A DNA stretch of 64,000 nucleotides, taken from an uncultured Alphaproteobacteria bacterium (lineage in GTDB: Bacteria; Pseudomonadota; Alphaproteobacteria; HIMB59; GCA-002718135). The notes beneath the pieces are model-generated. The model worked only from the letters and a program-made list of their open reading frames with translations, had not been told where the DNA came from and did no database searches. The stretch spans positions 1,101 through 65,100 of the forward strand of contig CABYHW010000005.1 in the NCBI GenBank assembly GCA_902518705.1. Direction: 5' to 3'. Positions 29,098 to 38,749 of this stretch are shown here, in pieces; position 1 is the stretch's first letter, and each line of letters starts with the position of its first letter. A program made the position numbers and the translations under genes.

Positions 29098-31735
29098 TTG
29101 TAGCGTCTTGCTCTTTAATCTCAATTGCTTTTTCAAGATCAACGGAAACTAATTGTGATACACCTTTCTCAGGCATAGTAACACCAAATAATCTATTTAC
29201 TCTTGCCATTGTCATTCTATGATGAGTTATTACTAAGAATTTTGTTGAAGAAGTTTTAGCTATTTCTTCCACTAATGAACAAAATCTATCAACATTAGTA
29301 TCATCTAATGGAGCATCAACCTCATCAAGTACACAAATTGGAGCTGGGTTTGATAAAAATACAGCGAATAATAATGATAATGCTGTAAGAGCTTGCTCAC
29401 CCCCGGAGAGTAAATTTAGGTTTTGTAATTTTTTTCCTGGAGGACTAGCAAATATTTCTAAACCAGCTTGAAGAGGATCTGACTCATCTGTAAACTTTAG
29501 ATAAGCCTTTCCACCACCAAACAACCTAGTAAATAACTTTTGAAAATTTTCATTTACTATTCCATATGCAGCAAGTAAGCGTTGTCTACCTTCTGTATTA
29601 AGTGAGTCAATTGCTTCTCTTAGTTTTGCAATTGCGCTTAAAAGGTCGCTTTGATCTTTCTTTATCGTATTAACTTTTTCTTCTAAATCTTTTGACTCTT
29701 GTTCTGCGAGAAGATTGACACCACCTAAACGCTCTTGCTCAGCAATTAGTCTTTCTAATTTTTTTTCTAAATCATAAGTTTCACCTAAAACTTTATTTGG
29801 ATTGATTTCTCCAATGTTGTAAAGCTCATCTAGATCTACACTCAATCTTTCTTTTACTTGAGTAGATAATAATTTAATTGCTTCATTAATTGTATTAATT
29901 TGACCTTCAGTTCTAATTCTCTCTTCTCTCAATTCATTTAATTTAATTTCCTCAAGTTTTAATTTCTTATTGATTTCATTAGAATTTTGCTCAGTTTGAC
30001 GAAGTTGCTCAGCTATTTGCTCGTAAGAATTCTTATTTTCATCAATCAATTTTTGTATTTTTAATTTTTCACTCGATACATCTTCAGGAACAGATTGCAG
30101 ATTAGATAATTCACCAATTAATGAACTTTGCCTTGAATTTAATTCTTCTATTCTTTGATTAGCTTTTGCAGAAATATCATTCCATTGTTTTTCTTCTGCA
30201 CTTAATTGCTTTATTCTTCTATTTTTTAGTTGCTCTAATATAGCTTTAGTAGAATTATTTTGTTTACCTTTAGATACATACCCATCCCATCTCCAAATTT
30301 CTCCTAGCTTGCTTACTAATATCTGTCCTGGTCTTAAAGTTTTTTGAATTTCTAAAACATTTTCTTTATTTTCAATTAATCCAACAAATTCTAATTTCTT
30401 TTTCAAATTATCTGGAGCTTTGATTAGAGAGGAAAATTTAGTAATTTCTGAATTAAAGGGAGAAACTTCCACATCTAATTTTCTCCAAAAAATACTTTGT
30501 TCTTCATCGATAGATGCAATTAACTCATCTGAAAAAACTGCAGCAATTGCTTGTTCAAGACCATCTTCAAAGTCTAGATAATCAATTATTGGGTTATTAT
30601 TTTTTTTATTAGAAACATTTTCATTATTTAGATCATCATCAGTTTGAATAAAAAGATCACCTTGTTGTTTTAAAAGTATTGATTTTTCTTCTTGTACCCT
30701 TTGAAGATTTTGTTTTGCATCTTCAAATAAAAATTTTTCTCTATCAATATCATTTTTAATTTGTTCTATACGGACCTTTGTTTCATCTACTGCAATATTT
30801 GCTCTTTCAATTTCTTTTTCTTGATTTTCTAAACTAATTGAATATTTTTGCAGCTCAGCTGCAATCTTACTTTCTTGGAGTCTAAGGTTTGGAAGACTTT
30901 CTTGAACTTTTTCAAATTCAACATTTATTTGTGCTACAACTTGTGTTTGCTCATTGACAGCATTAGTTTCAGACTGAATTTTTTCATTGGCATTTTTTAA
31001 TTTATCTTTTTCATCAATCCATTTCTTATAAAATAATCTTGCTCTTGCTTTAGTAATATCCTTTTGAATGTATTTGTATCTTTCAGCTTGTTTAGATTGT
31101 TTCTTTAATATTGTTAGTTGTTCATCTTGTGCTTTTAATACGTCCTTTACACGCTCTAAGTTATTTTCAGTAGCATTTAATCGTAATTCAGCTTCGTGTC
31201 GTCTAGAGTGAAGACCAGTAATTCCTGCAGCTTCTTCCAGTAATGTTCTTCTTTGTTCAGGTTTAGCTGCGATAATAGCTCCAACTCTACCTTGACTAAC
31301 CATCGATGTTGAACGAGCACCTGTTGCTGCATCAGCAAATAGTAATTGTACATCCTTTAATCGCACCTCCTTGCCATTAACTCTATATTCTGAGCCTTCA
31401 CCTCGCCAAATTCTTCTAGTTACTTCAATAGTATCATTTTCATTGAAAATACTTGGTGCTTTTCTTGCTTTATTATCTAAATCTATAGTAACCTCGGCAA
31501 TATCCCATGCAGGTCTATCATCTGTTCCATTAAAGATAACATCGTCTAATTCACTTCCTCTCATTTGTTTTGGAGAAAGTTCTCCCATAACAAACCTAAA
31601 AGCCTCTACAAGATTCGATTTACCACATCCGTTTGGACCAACAATACCTGTTAAGCCATTTTCAATCAAAATTTCTGTGGGTTCAACAAAAGACTTAAAG
31701 CCTTTGACCTTAAGGGTCCTAAAATTAATCATCAA
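29087..31735 (-). CDS. smc: SMC chromosome-condensation ATPase, unusually short (882 aa)
   Basis: Walker A GPNGCGKSN, long heptad-rich arms, ABC signature LSGGEQALTALS, Walker B ICVLDEVDAPLDD. Confidence 0.9.
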   Translation of the reverse strand: MMINFRTLKVKGFKSFVEPTEILIENGLTGIVGPNGCGKSNLVEAFRFVMGELSPKQMRGSELDDVIFNGTDDRPAWDIAEVTIDLDNKARKAPSIFNENDTIEVTRRIWRGEGSEYRVNGKEVRLKDVQLLFADAATGARSTSMVSQGRVGAIIAAKPEQRRTLLEEAAGITGLHSRRHEAELRLNATENNLERVKDVLKAQDEQLTILKKQSKQAERYKYIQKDITKARARLFYKKWIDEKDKLKNANEKIQSETNAVNEQTQVVAQINVEFEKVQESLPNLRLQESKIAAELQKYSISLENQEKEIERANIAVDETKVRIEQIKNDIDREKFLFEDAKQNLQRVQEEKSILLKQQGDLFIQTDDDLNNENVSNKKNNNPIIDYLDFEDGLEQAIAAVFSDELIASIDEEQSIFWRKLDVEVSPFNSEITKFSSLIKAPDNLKKKLEFVGLIENKENVLEIQKTLRPGQILVSKLGEIWRWDGYVSKGKQNNSTKAILEQLKNRRIKQLSAEEKQWNDISAKANQRIEELNSRQSSLIGELSNLQSVPEDVSSEKLKIQKLIDENKNSYEQIAEQLRQTEQNSNEINKKLKLEEIKLNELREERIRTEGQINTINEAIKLLSTQVKERLSVDLDELYNIGEINPNKVLGETYDLEKKLERLIAEQERLGGVNLLAEQESKDLEEKVNTIKKDQSDLLSAIAKLREAIDSLNTEGRQRLLAAYGIVNENFQKLFTRLFGGGKAYLKFTDESDPLQAGLEIFASPPGKKLQNLNLLSGGEQALTALSLLFAVFLSNPAPICVLDEVDAPLDDTNVDRFCSLVEEIAKTSSTKFLVITHHRMTMARVNRLFGVTMPEKGVSQLVSVDLEKAIEIKEQDATNEL

Positions 31736-32350
31736 TTATTGTGATAATATTTTATCGATGATTTGTCTAAACTCTTTTATGTTTTTATTCCCGGAATATA
31801 AAACTCCATTAACAATGAATGACGGAGTGGAGCCTATTTTATATTCTCTTTGCGCTTCCATTACACCCTCAAGTAATTGATTCTCTAAATCCACATTACT
31901 TAAGCATGCATCAAATTCTTCTTGTTGCATACCGCCACTTTGCATAATTTTATATAATTCAGATCTTGTTTTGGAATGATCTCTATTAACCCAACTATTT
32001 TGAAGCTTATAAAGGCCATTCATATAATCGTATCTTACCTCATCTGGCACACATTTTAAAATCATACTTCCAGCAAGAGCCGGATAATTAAAGGGAAAAT
32101 CACGAAAAATAAACTTAACTTTACCAGTATCAATAAACTCTTTTTTTAATTCTGCCAGAGTATCATTATGAAAATCTGCACAGTGACTACAAGACATTGA
32201 AGCATATTCTATAATTGTGATTGGAGCATTTTCTTCTCCAATATAAAAATCATTATCTTTAACATCTAGTATTGAATTTTCACCTGCTTTGGCATTAATA
32301 AAAAGTAGTGACAGTATAATAGAAATAAATAAAATTCTAATTTTCATCAT
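31736..32350 (-). CDS. DsbA-family periplasmic thiol:disulfide oxidoreductase
   Basis: Signal peptide and CSHC active site. 0-nt gap to the smc start. Confidence 0.85.
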   Translation of the reverse strand: MMKIRILFISIILSLLFINAKAGENSILDVKDNDFYIGEENAPITIIEYASMSCSHCADFHNDTLAELKKEFIDTGKVKFIFRDFPFNYPALAGSMILKCVPDEVRYDYMNGLYKLQNSWVNRDHSKTRSELYKIMQSGGMQQEEFDACLSNVDLENQLLEGVMEAQREYKIGSTPSFIVNGVLYSGNKNIKEFRQIIDKILSQ

Positions 32351-32868
32351 TTGTCCTCAGTTGTAATTTTATTACCTAAATTTAATAGTGATTTTTTCAA
32401 ATCTGAATTTTGAAATTCTTTTACGTTTTCTTCAACAAATCTTATGTCATCTTTGTTTATTTGTTTTTTCTTACTTTGTTTCATATACGTATGTTTAGGT
32501 ATGTAATTTTGATGAATTCTCAAGTCCATTATAGCTTTATAGCCAAAATAAGTATTAATTTTTTCAATTATAGTGTCCTTAAAGTGTTGAAACTCAATGG
32601 CTGCGGCCGGTGCAACACTCACATTTAGATAATTTTTATATACCGTCTCACCTAAATCATTTTCAAAATCACGCACCCTTGAAACATTTAATGGTTCTGA
32701 ATATTCTTTAAAATAACTACCTGCAATTTTTGGCCATTTAGAGTTAATTACAAATTCTGTTCGATTATATTTAGAGGAAAATTTTCTATTAACCTTCCTC
32801 AGAGTATCGCCAATAGATTGTGGAACAAATGCTCTTTTTTGCTTTATATTTTTTTTGTCCATACGCAT
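32347..32868 (-). CDS. DUF721-like protein (conserved alphaproteobacterial gene between mutY and dsbA-smc)
   Basis: Called from position and size. The basic N-terminus precedes QSIGDTL...SKWPKIAG, which resembles DUF721 proteins. Start moved to ATG 32868 so that it no longer overlaps mutY. Confidence 0.5.
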   Translation of the reverse strand: MRMDKKNIKQKRAFVPQSIGDTLRKVNRKFSSKYNRTEFVINSKWPKIAGSYFKEYSEPLNVSRVRDFENDLGETVYKNYLNVSVAPAAAIEFQHFKDTIIEKINTYFGYKAIMDLRIHQNYIPKHTYMKQSKKKQINKDDIRFVEENVKEFQNSDLKKSLLNLGNKITTEDK

Positions 32869-32901
32869 AAATAATTTATAGTACCTAAATATGAAAGCAA
32901 T

Positions 32902-33951
32902 ATGTTTAAACACGAAACACAAGTAATAAAGTTTTTACTTCAATGGTATTCTATGAATGCCAGAAAATTACCATGGCGGAAGAAAAATAATTTAAATTTA
33001 CCTCATCCATACTTTGTGTTTGTAAGTGAGTATATGCTTCAACAAACAACAGTAAATACCGTAAAAAACAAATTTAATGAATTTATTTTAAAATGGCCTT
33101 CACTAAATAAATTAGCGCAAACTTCAGAGCCAAATATCTTGGAATTCTGGTCAGGTCTTGGTTATTATTCAAGAGCGAGAAATTTATTAAAGTCTGCAAA
33201 AATAATTAAAAATAATTTTAAAAATAAAATACCAGAAACTTATGATGAACTCATCCAACTTCCTGGTATTGGAGATTATACTGCAAAAGCAATTCTTGGA
33301 ATAGGATATAATCAATCAGTCATGCCACTTGATGCTAATATTGAGAGAATTTTGGTTAGGTTACATGCTATCGATAAACCAATTAATAAAGTAAAAAATA
33401 AACTTAAAGATTTAGGAAAAAAATTCATCTCAGATAAATATTCTTCAAACTTAATTCAGTCTTTTATGGATTACGGATCAGAGATCTGCCTTCCACGAAA
33501 CCCTAAATGTAATATTTGTGGAATTAATAAATTTTGCCAATCATATAAAAAGAATTTACAGCAAAAAATTCCTCTTAAACAAAAAAAGAAAAGTAACAAG
33601 CCAATAAAGTACACAAGAGCTTATGTAATTGTGAATGAAAAGAATGAAATCCTAGTACGAAGTAGACCAAATAAAGGAATGTTAGCCTCTATGCTTGAAG
33701 TACCAAATGATGTCTGGGTTAAAAATAAAAAATTGCTAACTACTGATCAAGACATACAAAAAATAAAAACAAAATTACAACCTAAAGGTTCATTTGAATA
33801 TTCATTTAGTCATTTTGATTTAGAAACAGAAATTTTTTATGGAAATGTTAAAAAAGCAAAATTATCAAAAAGTAATTGGATAAAGAAATCATCTTATTCT
33901 AGTTCTAGAATGCCAACTGTTATGAAAAAAATAGTAGATATAGCAGTGTAA
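32902..33951 (+). CDS. mutY: A/G-specific adenine DNA glycosylase
   Basis: HhH-GPD element LPGIGDYTAKAI, Fe-S loop CLPRNPKCNICGINKFC (C-x6-C-x2-C-x5-C), and a C-terminal NUDIX-like domain. Confidence 0.9.
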   Translation: MFKHETQVIKFLLQWYSMNARKLPWRKKNNLNLPHPYFVFVSEYMLQQTTVNTVKNKFNEFILKWPSLNKLAQTSEPNILEFWSGLGYYSRARNLLKSAKIIKNNFKNKIPETYDELIQLPGIGDYTAKAILGIGYNQSVMPLDANIERILVRLHAIDKPINKVKNKLKDLGKKFISDKYSSNLIQSFMDYGSEICLPRNPKCNICGINKFCQSYKKNLQQKIPLKQKKKSNKPIKYTRAYVIVNEKNEILVRSRPNKGMLASMLEVPNDVWVKNKKLLTTDQDIQKIKTKLQPKGSFEYSFSHFDLETEIFYGNVKKAKLSKSNWIKKSSYSSSRMPTVMKKIVDIAV

Positions 33952-33952
33952 T

Positions 33953-34717
33953 TTATGCAAAGAATTTTTTTGCGTTCATAAAAATTTTATACCCATCACC
34001 GAATTTTTTAGAAGTATTGTTTTGCCAATTAGGAACATTATAATGATACAATGCTCTTTCTGGGTGAGGCATCATTGCAAGAACATTCCCATTTTGATTT
34101 GTTAACGCAGCTATATCATCTCTAGATCCATTAGGATTAAAGGGAAACTGACCTTTTGCTAATTTTTTATGGTTATTAATGTATTGTAAGCCAATAAGGT
34201 TATTAGCTTTGATACTTTTAAGTATATTAATAGGTATCATGAATTGCCCTTCTTGATGGGCGACAGGCAAGTTCAAGATATTAATATTTTTTAGCCATGG
34301 TGATTTATTATTATTTACTTTTAAATCAACCCATCGACACTCATAGCTCCCAGATTTATTTTCAATCATTGCAACTTCTGGATCTTTTTTATTTAGGCTT
34401 GGAACTAACCCAAGATTAATTAATATCTGGCATCCATTACAAATGCCTATAATTAATTTATCTTTTAATGAAAATTCTATTAAATGATCATACAAATTGG
34501 TCAGAATTTTTTTCGCCATTGCATTTCCTGAACCTGTATCATCGCCATACGAAAAACCCCCAGGTATAGCGAATACTTGATAGTTATTAAGTTGTTTAGG
34601 ATTTTGTATTAGATCATTAATATGAACAATTTTTCCTTTAAAGCCTACTACTTCAAAAGCATGTAGTGTTTCATTTTCACAATTAATACCATAACCTGAT
34701 AAGACTAATACGTTCAT
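33953..34717 (-). CDS. purQ: Phosphoribosylformylglycinamidine synthase, glutaminase subunit
   Basis: Class-I amidotransferase triad: nucleophile in GICNGCQIL and His/Glu in MMPHPER. 4-nt overlap with purL. Confidence 0.9.
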   Translation of the reverse strand: MNVLVLSGYGINCENETLHAFEVVGFKGKIVHINDLIQNPKQLNNYQVFAIPGGFSYGDDTGSGNAMAKKILTNLYDHLIEFSLKDKLIIGICNGCQILINLGLVPSLNKKDPEVAMIENKSGSYECRWVDLKVNNNKSPWLKNINILNLPVAHQEGQFMIPINILKSIKANNLIGLQYINNHKKLAKGQFPFNPNGSRDDIAALTNQNGNVLAMMPHPERALYHYNVPNWQNNTSKKFGDGYKIFMNAKKFFA

Positions 34718-37641
34718 AACCCTTTAATATTTTGTTTGTATGACTTAGCAAAATCTGAAATTTTACCTCTAATAATTTTTTTGTTATCTTTAAACTCGAC
34801 TACATCTGAGCCCGTACATTTGCCAATAATTGTATAATGAGAACCTTTAAATATTTTTTTAAAATTGGCTAACTTATTTTTTTTCATGGAAACAAGAATT
34901 CTACTTTGTGATTCAGAAAATAAAAATTGGTCAACCGAGATTTTATTTTTTAGTTTTAAATCAATGGTTAAACCTTTCTTTGTAGCAATTGCCATCTTTG
35001 TAACTGCAATTCCAATTCCACCCAAATCTATTCCAATTGCAGAATTTATAATTCCTAGTTTATTTGCTTTTTCAAAAATTCTATATGTGCGAAGTGCATC
35101 CTTGCTATTTACAACTGGATTTTTTGATTTTTCATAACCTATAATTTTGGAATAAACACTATCCTGTAATTCATTACGGGTATTTCCTAAAACTAAAAGT
35201 ATATCACCATCATCGGGTGTAATTTTTGTTAAGTGTGAAATTTTATCTACCACTCCAATAGAAGAAATCAGCAATGTTGGAGGTATTGAAATTTTTACTG
35301 ATTTTCCAGTTTTATCAAAACCTTTAAAATCATTAAACATACTATCTTTTCCTGAAATAAAAGGTGTTTGATAAGCAACTGCATAATCATAACAAGCTTT
35401 TGCTGCTTCTTTCAATTGATATAAGCGATCAGGTTCATCCGAGCTGCACCAACAAAAGTTATCAAGAATTGCAATTTTTTTTGAGTTGGCACCACTTACA
35501 ATTAAATTTTTATATGCTGTATCAATAGAGCACCCAGACATATCATAAGGATTTGTTTCGGCGTACTGAGGATATGCAGCTTGAGAAAGAGCTATTGATT
35601 TTTCATCATCAAATAGAGGTTTAATAGCAGTAGCATTTCCAAAAACTCTACCTTCGCCTTGTAATGGTTTTATAATAGAGGTAGCTTGTACTTCGTGATC
35701 ATATTGTGTGGCTATAAATTCTTTTGATACAATATTTGGACTAGAGAGAAGTTTATGTAGCTTATCTATCAAAGATCTTTTCTTAATTATTTTTTTCTTT
35801 TCTTTTTTAATTTTTGGAAAAGATGTTTTTAAATTTAATTTTGGATAACCTTCATGAAGAAATTCCATATCTAAATTGAGAATTTCAGTTTTATTGTATT
35901 TTACTATGGCTTTTTCTTTTTTAATAAACTTACCAATTATTGTTGCTTCCACACCTCTTGCATTAAATATATTTATAACTTTTTTTACGTTCTCTGGAGG
36001 TACTGCTAGTGTCATTCTTTCTTGCGATTCAGAAACCCAAATCTCCCAAGGATATAATCCATTATATTTGAGAGGAACTTTTTCAAGATTAACTATAAAA
36101 CCACCACTCTCTTTTGCCATTTCTCCAATTGATGATGATAATCCTCCAGCTCCATTATCTGTTATGCTCGAGTAAAGATTTTCATCACGCAATTCTCTAA
36201 TGATGACATCAGACATTTTCTTTTGTGTTATAGGATCACCAATTTGTACTGCAGAAACTGGACTATTAGGATCTAATTCCTCCGATGAAAATGTTGCACC
36301 GTGAATACCATCTTTTCCTACTCTGCCTCCAGCCATTAGTATGATATCCCCTGGATTAGCTTTCTTCTTATGTGATAATTTTCCTCTAATTTTTTTCGGA
36401 ATAATCCCAACTGTTCCACAAAATACAAGGGGCTTTCCTGCAAACCGGTCATCAAAATATACATTACCTTGAGGAGTAGGAATACCCGAACAATTTCCCC
36501 CAACTCTAACACCACTTATAATACCCTTCGCAATAAAATTTGCTGGAAGCATTGGATTCTTATTTTTTTGACGATACAATTGATATTTTTTATTCGGGTC
36601 TGCTAAATAATATGCATACGTATTCGCTATAGGTTTTGCTCCCTTTCCAAATCCAAGACAATCCCTATTAACACCAACAATTCCAGTGATTGCACCACCA
36701 AATGGATCTAAGGCTGAGGGTGTATTATGTGTTTCAACTTTATGACAAATAATCCAATCTTTATTAAATTCTATTCCACCGGCATTATCCGTAAAAAGAG
36801 AAACACAAAAATTATCTTTTCTTAATTGAATAATTTTATCAGTAGCGCCTTTAATATATTTTTTAAATATACCTTCTTGAATATCATCAATTTTAGCTGA
36901 AAATATTTTGTGTTTACAATGCTCGGACCAAGTCTGAGCTAATGTTTCAATTTCTACATCTGTTGGTTTACGTTTTATAGTGGAAAAATAATTTCTTATG
37001 GTTTTTAAAGATTCTAGATCTAAGCCAAGTGTTCCTCTTCTAGATTTATCATTTTCTTCAATACCAAGTTTACCAATGAGGCTGAGATTATAGTCAGAAA
37101 TATCTAAATTTATTTCTTTTTTACTATATTTTTTTTTCGGTAATTTTACCTTTTCTATTTTGAACTGATTTTTTTTAAAATTATTTAAATATTGTTTAAA
37201 TGGATAAATCTTAATTGTTTGAATTAAGGGATTTGCTTCATTTTTAGATATTTTGGTAATATCTTCTTTTTTTCCTTTTATTAAAATAATTTTTGTTGAA
37301 CCAAGTTCAAAGCTTTTAAAACTACTTTTTAGATTATCTTTGATTATTTCTTTTACAGTTGTAGCTATATTATCAGTTACACCTGGTAAAAATTTTATTT
37401 CTACAACCCAGTTGAAATTACAATAACTAGATAAAACCTTATTTACATTTTTTTTTGTTAATATTGTTTGAGAAACGTCATTAGAAATAAGTTTACTTAT
37501 TTTAGTAAACTTTTGATCATCAAGATTTCTCGAAAAGAAATATCCATCTATAATTTTGATAGATTTATTATTGTGTTCTTTTTGTAGTGAACTTTCTTTC
37601 CCTGTCTTCTCAATGGAGAGAATTTGAATTGTATTTGTCAT
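34714..37641 (-). CDS. purL: Phosphoribosylformylglycinamidine synthase, synthetase subunit with a ~200-aa PurS-like N-terminal extension (large-PurL type lacking the glutaminase domain)
   Basis: SEHCKHKIF motif at about residue 245 (large-PurL style). Duplicated AIR-synthase-like domains. The N-terminal FLPGVTDNIATTVKE resembles the PurS/lgPurL N-domain. 975 aa. Confidence 0.85.
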   Translation of the reverse strand: MTNTIQILSIEKTGKESSLQKEHNNKSIKIIDGYFFSRNLDDQKFTKISKLISNDVSQTILTKKNVNKVLSSYCNFNWVVEIKFLPGVTDNIATTVKEIIKDNLKSSFKSFELGSTKIILIKGKKEDITKISKNEANPLIQTIKIYPFKQYLNNFKKNQFKIEKVKLPKKKYSKKEINLDISDYNLSLIGKLGIEENDKSRRGTLGLDLESLKTIRNYFSTIKRKPTDVEIETLAQTWSEHCKHKIFSAKIDDIQEGIFKKYIKGATDKIIQLRKDNFCVSLFTDNAGGIEFNKDWIICHKVETHNTPSALDPFGGAITGIVGVNRDCLGFGKGAKPIANTYAYYLADPNKKYQLYRQKNKNPMLPANFIAKGIISGVRVGGNCSGIPTPQGNVYFDDRFAGKPLVFCGTVGIIPKKIRGKLSHKKKANPGDIILMAGGRVGKDGIHGATFSSEELDPNSPVSAVQIGDPITQKKMSDVIIRELRDENLYSSITDNGAGGLSSSIGEMAKESGGFIVNLEKVPLKYNGLYPWEIWVSESQERMTLAVPPENVKKVINIFNARGVEATIIGKFIKKEKAIVKYNKTEILNLDMEFLHEGYPKLNLKTSFPKIKKEKKKIIKKRSLIDKLHKLLSSPNIVSKEFIATQYDHEVQATSIIKPLQGEGRVFGNATAIKPLFDDEKSIALSQAAYPQYAETNPYDMSGCSIDTAYKNLIVSGANSKKIAILDNFCWCSSDEPDRLYQLKEAAKACYDYAVAYQTPFISGKDSMFNDFKGFDKTGKSVKISIPPTLLISSIGVVDKISHLTKITPDDGDILLVLGNTRNELQDSVYSKIIGYEKSKNPVVNSKDALRTYRIFEKANKLGIINSAIGIDLGGIGIAVTKMAIATKKGLTIDLKLKNKISVDQFLFSESQSRILVSMKKNKLANFKKIFKGSHYTIIGKCTGSDVVEFKDNKKIIRGKISDFAKSYKQNIKGL

Positions 37642-37688
37642 TATGAGTACGAATCAACTTAATTTACTATATTAATAGTTTACTCGTT

Positions 37689-37699
37689 AACGATTCGTT
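37689..37699. promoter_or_regulatory. 11-bp perfect palindrome AACGA-T-TCGTT (contains GANTC) 16 nt upstream of the purM ATG; a partner ACGAATC lies at 37649-37655
   Basis: Read directly from the 73-bp purL|purM divergent spacer. Confidence 0.25.
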
Positions 37700-37714
37700 T
37701 AAAACTAATTAAAT

Positions 37715-38749
37715 ATGACAACATATAAAGAAGCAGGTGTTGATATAGAAAATACAGATGCCCTTGTTGAAGATATTTCTGAGCTAAGCAAATCAACTAA
37801 CAGAAACGGAAATTTTGATAAAATTGGCGGATTTGGTGGTATTTTTGATCTTAAAAATTGTGGATATGAAGATCCTTTATTGGTCTCTGGTACAGATGGC
37901 ATAGGGACAAAAATATTACTAGGGATTGAAACTGACATTTTAGATGGCTTGGGTCATGATCTTGTTGGTATGTGCCTTAATGATATTCTTTGCCATGGGG
38001 CAGAGCCATTATTTTTTTTAGATTACTATGCTTCTTCCAAAATTGATAAAAATTCTTTTTTAAAAATTATGAAAAGCATCACTGAAGCTTGTAAGATAAA
38101 TAATTGTTCTCTTATTGGTGGTGAAACAGCAGAGATGCCTGGGCTCTATAAAAAAGATGATTTTGATTTTGCTGGATTTTGTGTTGGTGCAGTGGAGAGA
38201 AAAAAAATTTTACCTAAAAGAGATATCATGAAAGAAGATGATCTTCTATATGGGATTAGATCTTCGGGTTTTCACTCAAATGGATATTCCCTCATTAGAA
38301 AGGTTTTAAAAGAAAAAAATATAGATCTACAAAAAAAAACAGAATTTAAATCATCTTACGAAACAAATGCAGCAGCCTTAATGGCTCCAACAAAATTATA
38401 TTTTCCTTTTTTAAAAAAAATTTTAACAACAAATCTTATCAACGGTATTTCGCATATAACAGGCGGAGGTGTTGTTGGTAATGCACCAAGAATGCTATCT
38501 GAAAATTTATCAGCAAGGATTGATAAAAAATTTATTTGTGATGAAGAAATTTTTCAATGGTTTCAAAGTTTAGCTAACATTCCAGACGAAGAAATGTTTA
38601 AGACCTTTAATTGTGGAATTGGTTTGATAATGACTATTTCAAAAAATAATTACAAAGAATTTGAACAATTAATAAAAGATGAAAATTTAGATATTTTTGA
38701 AATTGGGAAAATAGAAGTTAACAAATCATCAAGGTGCACAATTAGTTGA
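37715..38749 (+). CDS. purM: Phosphoribosylformylglycinamidine cyclo-ligase (AIR synthetase)
   Basis: SGTDGIGTK and GGETAEMPG motifs. 344 aa. Confidence 0.95.
   Translation: MTTYKEAGVDIENTDALVEDISELSKSTNRNGNFDKIGGFGGIFDLKNCGYEDPLLVSGTDGIGTKILLGIETDILDGLGHDLVGMCLNDILCHGAEPLFFLDYYASSKIDKNSFLKIMKSITEACKINNCSLIGGETAEMPGLYKKDDFDFAGFCVGAVERKKILPKRDIMKEDDLLYGIRSSGFHSNGYSLIRKVLKEKNIDLQKKTEFKSSYETNAAALMAPTKLYFPFLKKILTTNLINGISHITGGGVVGNAPRMLSENLSARIDKKFICDEEIFQWFQSLANIPDEEMFKTFNCGIGLIMTISKNNYKEFEQLIKDENLDIFEIGKIEVNKSSRCTIS

Noticed and set aside
31371-31880. 169-aa plus-strand ORF overlapping smc and dsbA. It is the longest of about 30 antisense ORFs in the track, e.g. 507-782, 3545-3802, 6086-6301, 8894-9082, 12584-12796, 15860-16162, 35876-36175, 42514-42891, 44131-44484, 44746-45045, 60982-61281.
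   Set aside because: All lie entirely inside well-supported genes on the opposite strand. Their products are low-complexity Ser/Pro/Leu/Phe-rich, as expected from reading Lys/Glu/Asn-rich codons backwards. They have no start context or family motifs, so they are shadow ORFs.
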